From NCBI GenBank assembly GCA_016839265.1, contig JAEOUO010000003.1, forward strand, positions 60,001-92,000: 32,000 nucleotides of DNA, read 5' to 3'. Below the pieces are notes generated by a model that did no database searches, was not told the DNA's origin, and saw only the letters and a program-made list of their open reading frames with translations. Positions 26,327 through 32,000 of this stretch are shown here, one piece after another. Made by a program: the position numbers and the translations under genes. Origin of the DNA: Candidatus Odinarchaeota archaeon (GTDB lineage Archaea; Asgardarchaeota; Odinarchaeia; Odinarchaeales; Odinarchaeaceae). The stretch's first letter is position 1. Each line of letters begins with the position of its first letter.

Positions 26327-26716
26327 TTATTTTTTAAGACCCTGGTAGACGCCTATAATTGTGACTCCTAAGCCTATCAGTGTTAAGATCAACGTCATTA
26401 TTTGAATTGTTCCCAGTAGAATGTGTGGGAGGAAAGATATAAGGCATGCTAAACCAATGAAGAATATTAGCAGACCCCCTCGAAGAGTTGAATTAGGGTT
26501 AGGGAGTTTTTCAGAGATTAAACCGAATATAATGTTCGCGAACCCTGCGAAAATCATTACAAACCCGAAGACATTCCAGAACCCTAATCCTCCGAAAAAC
26601 AGTGAAACAATCACTGTCACTATTACACCTATGATAATCAGCATTATTGACCCGTAGAACTCCGCTAACATAGATACTCGCTTATTTTTAGATGCGTTCG
26701 CCGTCATTTCAATCAC
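26327..26716 (-). CDS. Small 4-TM membrane protein
   Basis: Four Gly-rich hydrophobic segments; starts 2 nt after the upstream stop. Confidence 0.75.
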   Translation of the reverse strand: MIEMTANASKNKRVSMLAEFYGSIMLIIIGVIVTVIVSLFFGGLGFWNVFGFVMIFAGFANIIFGLISEKLPNPNSTLRGGLLIFFIGLACLISFLPHILLGTIQIMTLILTLIGLGVTIIGVYQGLKK

Positions 26717-26717
26717 C

Positions 26718-28829
26718 CTATGTTAAAGCTCCTGCAGGCTGGTAGACGGCAGCCTGCCATTCAGCCACCGCGTAAGCCCATGCACCCACTTCCATAGCAA
26801 TCGCGTGATCCAAGTAGGATGTAACATCTCTTATCCTATCCCCGATCGTTATCATATTTAGTAGGAATTGATCTATCTTAAACTGGCATATGTCAAGTGT
26901 ATGGTAGAACATATAGTACATCTTGTATAAGGGTCCAGCCGGCCATACAGCGGTTATATTAGCGTAGAAGTCCACTAGCAGCGTAGTTATATTCGATCCC
27001 GCGTATATGGAAGGGTCGAATCCCCATCGGATGAGTGTAGCATTATCCGGTGTAAGACTTGGCGTTGTCCTGTTCAACGATAAGATTTCATTATACACCC
27101 GGTAGTACTCTCTTGTATAGTTGAAGGCTGAAGGATACAGTAACTCCACAGTCTCATTCTCTATGAAGATGAATAACCCGAGTAGATCTGTGAAGTCAGC
27201 GGCATCACCTATATAAGGCGCGAAAACGTTTCCAGTCCAGTCACTGTCATCTATAAAATGGTTATCAACTGGGAAAGACTCCGAGTAGTTGAAGAAGCTG
27301 TCTATTAACGCCAGTGCATAGTCGATTACCGCCTGAGTTTTAGCTGAAACACTGCTTCTTAACAGGTTTAACTTATAATATTCGTACTGGAATTTAACAG
27401 CGTCACGTTTTAACGTGGTTAAATGCTCTGTTAACTTCAAACCATAGTACATGACTACTTCATCAAACCACATGCCAGCCGGGTTATAGTGGTCACCGCC
27501 TCGAAGATTCACCATAGCAGTAGCTGTCCTCGTAAAAGACTCTAAGTAAGGCATCACAGCGTCGATAGTGGATAGAATACTGTTAACTCTACTGTAAGTT
27601 ATTTCAACAGGATTATACATGGTTGAAGCTGGATCAAGGAAAGAAGTGTCTACACGTTTCTGAGCTACCCAGAAAACTGCTTGAGCGTGCAGTCTAGCGC
27701 CTGGACCAGGCCACTCAGGATGAGGACCGAAGGCTACGATTCTACCGTTACCACGCTGAGCTGCTATTATCGCAGGCTCACCCCAGATACTGTTAGCTAT
27801 ACCAGCCGCAGCCAGGTTTTGAGATATTGGAGCACTATAGTTCCCTAGCACAGTTATATTCTCACCCATATCTGTGTATGCTGGGCCGCCGTAATAGTAT
27901 AATGGGACAAGAGGCCCGTATCCTGGTCTAACAGCGTTCTCACCATAGCCGAACATAACAGGGTGCTCAGGCGCTTCAACACTAATCAAAATCGGACCTA
28001 TCAACGCCTTCCACTCGTTAGCACCGTAGCCTGCCGGTGCAAGCGTGTCATCGAACCATTCCCTATGATAGTCAGCGTCAACAAGATCAAGAGTTGTATA
28101 CGTTGTTTTCGTAGAGTTTAAAGCTTCAGAGGAGCCGGCGCATACACTAACATAGCCTCCACCATGGTAAACCCACTCCGTGATATTCTGTATAGCCCAG
28201 GTTGCTTCATCACCCCACCCGAAAGACCACAAGTGCAATGCCCCACCAGGCATTATAAACACGTTAGCATCGTATAACGGGTGAGCGGTGTCATTCCACC
28301 AGACTCCCACCATTGAATCAGCTGTAGCTAGTTTAACCTTGAAGCCGAGGCTTAGGAATCGCTCATAATGGTTAATAGCGTTATCATATGTGGATTTATC
28401 ATAGAATAACACTACTCGCGGCGTAACCAGTGTAGTTGAGTTTACAGTTATTTTCTCAGTGGTTGTATCCACTCGGAGAACCCTGTTAGTTTTAGCAACC
28501 CACATAAACCATTCCATGAACACGTCACTGGATATATTATTACGGGTTGTGAAAGGTGTTTCAATATAGAATGTTCCAGCCGGGTAAGCCACCCCGCCTA
28601 CGGTGAACGGCTCCATAGCCCAGTGAACGGTTACATTCTCTTCGAGAAGCGTGTTAACAAGTCTTATCGCAGCGATATCATCGTTTCTAAGATAGTCTTC
28701 TAAAGGTATAATGTATGTTAAGTCACCTTGCCCTCTAGCGTAAGGTGTTATCAAAGATACGGTCGGCGCTGTTAAAGCGAAAACCAGGGTTAAAGCTAAA
28801 ATTATTTTCTGGTTTTTAGACAGTTTCAT
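26718..28829 (-). CDS. Secreted protein with class I glutamine-amidotransferase-like (BPL_N-type) domain and helical C-terminus
   Basis: Signal peptide MKLSKNQKIILALTLVFAL...; FIMPGG, GGGYVSVCAGS (nucleophile elbow Cys), GRIVAFGPHPE (His-x-Glu). Confidence 0.75.
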   Translation of the reverse strand: MKLSKNQKIILALTLVFALTAPTVSLITPYARGQGDLTYIIPLEDYLRNDDIAAIRLVNTLLEENVTVHWAMEPFTVGGVAYPAGTFYIETPFTTRNNISSDVFMEWFMWVAKTNRVLRVDTTTEKITVNSTTLVTPRVVLFYDKSTYDNAINHYERFLSLGFKVKLATADSMVGVWWNDTAHPLYDANVFIMPGGALHLWSFGWGDEATWAIQNITEWVYHGGGYVSVCAGSSEALNSTKTTYTTLDLVDADYHREWFDDTLAPAGYGANEWKALIGPILISVEAPEHPVMFGYGENAVRPGYGPLVPLYYYGGPAYTDMGENITVLGNYSAPISQNLAAAGIANSIWGEPAIIAAQRGNGRIVAFGPHPEWPGPGARLHAQAVFWVAQKRVDTSFLDPASTMYNPVEITYSRVNSILSTIDAVMPYLESFTRTATAMVNLRGGDHYNPAGMWFDEVVMYYGLKLTEHLTTLKRDAVKFQYEYYKLNLLRSSVSAKTQAVIDYALALIDSFFNYSESFPVDNHFIDDSDWTGNVFAPYIGDAADFTDLLGLFIFIENETVELLYPSAFNYTREYYRVYNEILSLNRTTPSLTPDNATLIRWGFDPSIYAGSNITTLLVDFYANITAVWPAGPLYKMYYMFYHTLDICQFKIDQFLLNMITIGDRIRDVTSYLDHAIAMEVGAWAYAVAEWQAAVYQPAGALT

Positions 28830-30496
28830 CTTGATTCAACCTCCTTTCGTTTAAAAAGCCGGTCTCTGAAAATCAGTATACCTGTTGAAACCGCAAATAT
28901 TACAGTAGCCAGTATCGTCAACGCTATTGCCAGGATATCGCCTCCAGCATATGGTGGAATAATATGCCACCAGGTTAAACCTGAACTGTAAAATGTAAGC
29001 CAGATACTGAATGCAGAGCACACTATGATCAGCAACCCTACTGAAACCGCTATCCCCACCAGACTCCATATAGGTCTCTTCCAACCACGGTCTACAGGCT
29101 CGGATCCACTTTCCCCACCTGCAGCTTTAAAAACAGCAGGGCGGAAAGCATGGTTAACACAGACGAGAAGAGCTCCGATGATAATCCAGATGAAGAGAAT
29201 CCATTTCAAGTGTAGAGGAACACCGAATATTATAAACCATGTGCACAGGAAGATACCAGCCCAAGGTATAACACCGTGAACTATAATGTTTTTCGCAGTA
29301 AACCCGTCTTTCCGGTAATGCCAGAAAGCTAGCAGATTAGTTATTATGAAAGCTGGTAAAGCTCCTGTAGCTATAGTGTAGGCTATAACCTCCCACGGCG
29401 TGAAGTTGGCTAAAATCATAGTGATCACGGAGATTAAACCTATCGCGATAACAGGGGTTTGCAGTTTTCTATCAACCCTACCTAAGGCTTTAGGAGCTAT
29501 TCTATCAGCTCCAAGTTTCTGAAGCACTCTACTCGACGCGGTGACAGCGGCTAAAGCTGCTATTAAACCTGCGATTATCCCAGCGAAGTTTAAAATATTC
29601 CCTATTCCAGAACCCCATATAGCGTTACCCATAGCAGGCACAGGGTTCACATAGTATAGTAGGGAGAATAAGCCTATGGAGGGTATAGCTAGTACAAAAG
29701 CCCAGGCGAGTAAAAGATACAAGCCTGTAGCCGCTACAGCTGAGATTACAATAGCCCAAGGCACAGTTTTAGTTGGCTTTTCAGATTCCTCAGTAACAGA
29801 GGCCGGTGCCTCATATCCTAGGAAAGAGTAAACCGCCACTGTAGCACCAACCATAATACCCGCGATTCCGAATAGTGAACCAGCCGGAGTGAGTGATAAA
29901 GAAGCCTGTGTAGCGAAATTCCCAGTATTAATAGACCAGATCACAGCGCTCACCGCGAAAGCGATAAGTATAGCCAGCTGAGCCACGAATAAAATAGCCA
30001 TAGAGCGGACGGATAGGTTCGTCCCACCCCAAGCCAGTAAAGAAACCACCGCTACGAAAACGATCATAGTAACCCATGGGGGAACCCCAAGCCAGCTTTG
30101 CAGAAAGAATCCTGCCGGAATCAACGCTGCAGCTGGAACTACAAGAATCTCTAAAAGATAAATCCAAACTGAGAACTGCCCGAATTTAGATCCTACAGCC
30201 CCGCTTGCAAGCGCCCACACACTACCCGACTTCGGAAAAACCCTGACCAGTTCAGCGAAGCTTATCGATGTTATAATAATAGTTACACCTGCGATAAGAT
30301 AAGATAAAGGTATACCCATCCAAGTGTAGCCTGCAGTCATCACAAGGTTGAAAGTTGCTAGAAGCGATAAGCCTGGAGCCATGAAAGCTAAACCTAGTAC
30401 AACAAGCTTCCAAGTGTTAAAAGACTTACCCATAGCCTGTTCGACCGAGCCACTCTCCTTATTCCCTTCACTTGAAGGTTTAACAGTTTTCTTCAT
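28826..30496 (-). CDS. APC-family amino acid/polyamine permease with two extra C-terminal TM helices
   Basis: GLAFMAP (TM1), FPKSGSVW, SFLGYE, TEES, SSRVL; ATGA overlap with the downstream gene. Confidence 0.92.
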   Translation of the reverse strand: MKKTVKPSSEGNKESGSVEQAMGKSFNTWKLVVLGLAFMAPGLSLLATFNLVMTAGYTWMGIPLSYLIAGVTIIITSISFAELVRVFPKSGSVWALASGAVGSKFGQFSVWIYLLEILVVPAAALIPAGFFLQSWLGVPPWVTMIVFVAVVSLLAWGGTNLSVRSMAILFVAQLAILIAFAVSAVIWSINTGNFATQASLSLTPAGSLFGIAGIMVGATVAVYSFLGYEAPASVTEESEKPTKTVPWAIVISAVAATGLYLLLAWAFVLAIPSIGLFSLLYYVNPVPAMGNAIWGSGIGNILNFAGIIAGLIAALAAVTASSRVLQKLGADRIAPKALGRVDRKLQTPVIAIGLISVITMILANFTPWEVIAYTIATGALPAFIITNLLAFWHYRKDGFTAKNIIVHGVIPWAGIFLCTWFIIFGVPLHLKWILFIWIIIGALLVCVNHAFRPAVFKAAGGESGSEPVDRGWKRPIWSLVGIAVSVGLLIIVCSAFSIWLTFYSSGLTWWHIIPPYAGGDILAIALTILATVIFAVSTGILIFRDRLFKRKEVESR

Positions 30497-30761
30497 ATTT
30501 ACAACCTCGAAGCCGGAACTAACATCCAGCTAAAGAATGCTATCCAGCCTAGATATTTAAAAAACCAGTAGTATAATATCCTACACTAAGTATATATGTT
30601 TATAGTATACTACGAGTTAAAACATTAAATAATAGAAGCGTGTTTTAAAAACTTAGCATATCAATTAAATAATCTACTACTAAAGAGTACAACATGTTTT
30701 TAACATTTTACAATAACAGATATGTTAAAGAAAAGTTAAAAAAACCACTGGGGGAGTTTAA

Positions 30762-31571
30762 GTGAATGTTGAAATAAAGCCTGCTCACATGATGTTCACA
30801 GACGGTTATAAAATAGTGATAACAGGTGAAAACGGTGAAGTTGAAAAACACTATATGAAGTTTGAAGACGGTATAAAAAATGTTTTCAAATGGAGCGTGC
30901 TCTCACCGTTCCTAGCCAGATTAAAAATAATCAGCCAAGACTATCATATAAAAGACCCCCAGTTAAGATGGGAGAACGAGTTTAAAGTCATAACATATCT
31001 TAGAAGAAAACTATCTGAAGGAAGCTATCCTTTATACATTCCGAAAATAACTACAAACCATGTTAAATCATTAGAAAACCCTCAGCTTCAAAAATTCCTC
31101 CACCAATGGCGTGAATACAGGTATACAATACTAGAATACGTGGAAGGCCCCACACTGAGAGAAATGCTTTCAAAACCTGAAAACTACAAGCTGGAAGATG
31201 AGATAAAACTGTTAGGGGAATGCATAGGAATAATGCACAGTTTCAGCGTATGCCAGTTCGACCGGAGAACAACAAACGATATAAAAATACCAGGCGGATT
31301 CTGCTGCGTAGACTACAGTCTAGCTAAAATATTCCAGAAATGGGATAACGCATATTATAGAGCAGTAGCATTCGACATAGATAATGAAAGACTATGGTTG
31401 CCCCCTAAACTATTCAAAATATTCCAGGAAGCCCACGACAAGTACTTAACATCAATCAAAAACTTTAACATCGAAAAATATAGAACAGCGCTAACCCAAT
31501 TCAAAAGACTATCCCAGTTATCCACCATATTGAAACCGCTACTATTCCAACTGGATGGAGCTCCCTTATAG
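30762..31571 (+). CDS. Atypical protein-kinase-like protein (Bud32/RIO/Kdo-kinase-like fold)
   Basis: YMK, RWENE, IPKI, ILEYVEGPTL, MH...QFDRRTTN (DxxxxN), VDYSLA (DFG equivalent). Confidence 0.7.
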   Translation: MNVEIKPAHMMFTDGYKIVITGENGEVEKHYMKFEDGIKNVFKWSVLSPFLARLKIISQDYHIKDPQLRWENEFKVITYLRRKLSEGSYPLYIPKITTNHVKSLENPQLQKFLHQWREYRYTILEYVEGPTLREMLSKPENYKLEDEIKLLGECIGIMHSFSVCQFDRRTTNDIKIPGGFCCVDYSLAKIFQKWDNAYYRAVAFDIDNERLWLPPKLFKIFQEAHDKYLTSIKNFNIEKYRTALTQFKRLSQLSTILKPLLFQLDGAPL

Positions 31572-31581
31572 CTTCAACCAG

Positions 31582-32000
31582 TTAATCTACAACTAGTTTA
31601 TTTAAAAAATCTAAAGCTCGCATTAAAACCTCTAAAGCATATATTGGAATATCGGATCTAACTTTATTAATTTCTTTGACTGTGATATTAAATTTCTTTC
31701 TTCTTGAATGCGTGAGAATCGCCCTAATATCAGAGAAAGAATATACTTCTTCCCCTCTCTTATCAGAAACATATTCAGTAGGGTTTACAACAGTTTCTTC
31801 ACGAATACATTTATAACCAGCCATAAACGCGGCTTCGAAATCACTGTTTATAAACATTTCCACGCCTTCCGAAAAATAATATATTAAAAGATCAATATCA
31901 CTTTCTTTATCAGGAAATTTTTCATCAAGTTTCTTTCTGATAAAATAAATTTTCTCCTCTATTTTATTCTGAATTATGTTTTCACAAAGAAGCTTATATC
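31582..32000 (-). CDS. C-terminal part of a probable HEPN-domain protein; 5' end outside the window
   Basis: Frame stays open from 31863 to the window end (YKLLCENIIQNKIEEK...LLIYYFSEGVEMF); contains IRAILTHS (Rx4H) in a helical context. Confidence 0.6.
   Translation of the reverse strand, partial: YKLLCENIIQNKIEEKIYFIRKKLDEKFPDKESDIDLLIYYFSEGVEMFINSDFEAAFMAGYKCIREETVVNPTEYVSDKRGEEVYSFSDIRAILTHSRRKKFNITVKEINKVRSDIPIYALEVLMRALDFLNKLVVD

Noticed and set aside
1290-30533. Short ORFs antisense to or nested in long genes (e.g. 1290-1499, 1588-1836, 5657-5857, 6171-6908, 8753-9193, 10285-10647, 11039-11230, 14552-14851, 16931-17161, 20243-20587, 24061-24300, 25510-26019, 28851-29279, 29928-30167, 30348-30533)
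   Set aside because: Overlap well-supported genes and have no motifs or ribosome-binding sites of their own
18514-30583. Shared 12-mer TATAATATCCTA (18514-18525 and 30572-30583) upstream of two transporter genes
   Set aside because: Non-palindromic, AT-rich and at different distances from the starts; such matches are expected by chance in intergenic DNA
1-32000. CRISPR arrays, rRNA, intact tRNA, IS elements, integrases
   Set aside because: No regularly spaced repeats, no full cloverleaf, no terminal inverted repeats with a transposase, and no recombinase motifs seen by eye

Overview
AT-rich, gene-dense archaeal window. Archaeal origin is supported by TATA-type promoters, GGAGG/GGTG ribosome-binding sites and archaeal protein families. 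An Asgard host is my guess from two orphan proteins and is not proven. No rRNA, intact tRNA, CRISPR array, integrase or transposase was seen. Left to right: (1) a truncated PflA-like radical SAM gene with a TIGR04076 gene, and a divergent PadR regulator with a palindromic operator; (2) an 8.6 kb type I restriction-modification locus on the minus strand, hsdM(with N-terminal wHTH)-hsdS-[RNase HII/HIII + Zn ribbon + PIN fusion]-hsdR-M48 peptidase; (3) a DUF134/NifB-NifX/DUF5320/radical SAM/Mrp cluster with a recurring TGTGCATATGCACA-like operator; (4) a UPF0175/DUF3368 toxin-antitoxin pair with both genes broken; (5) an AmiS/UreI channel with an M20 deacylase, then AIM24, an intact VapBC pair and a B12-type radical SAM; (6) an LplA-DUF116 fusion divergent from a LipS2-like radical SAM and a Rieske ferredoxin; (7) two orphans, one with a possible Vps28-C-like bundle; (8) an operon of a PuuP-like APC permease, a secreted class I glutamine-amidotransferase-like protein and a small membrane protein; (9) an atypical kinase convergent with a truncated HEPN-motif protein. 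The best candidate for an undescribed system is the dual-nuclease RNase H-Zn-PIN gene in the hsdS-hsdR slot. All family assignments come from motif recognition by eye; no searches were run.
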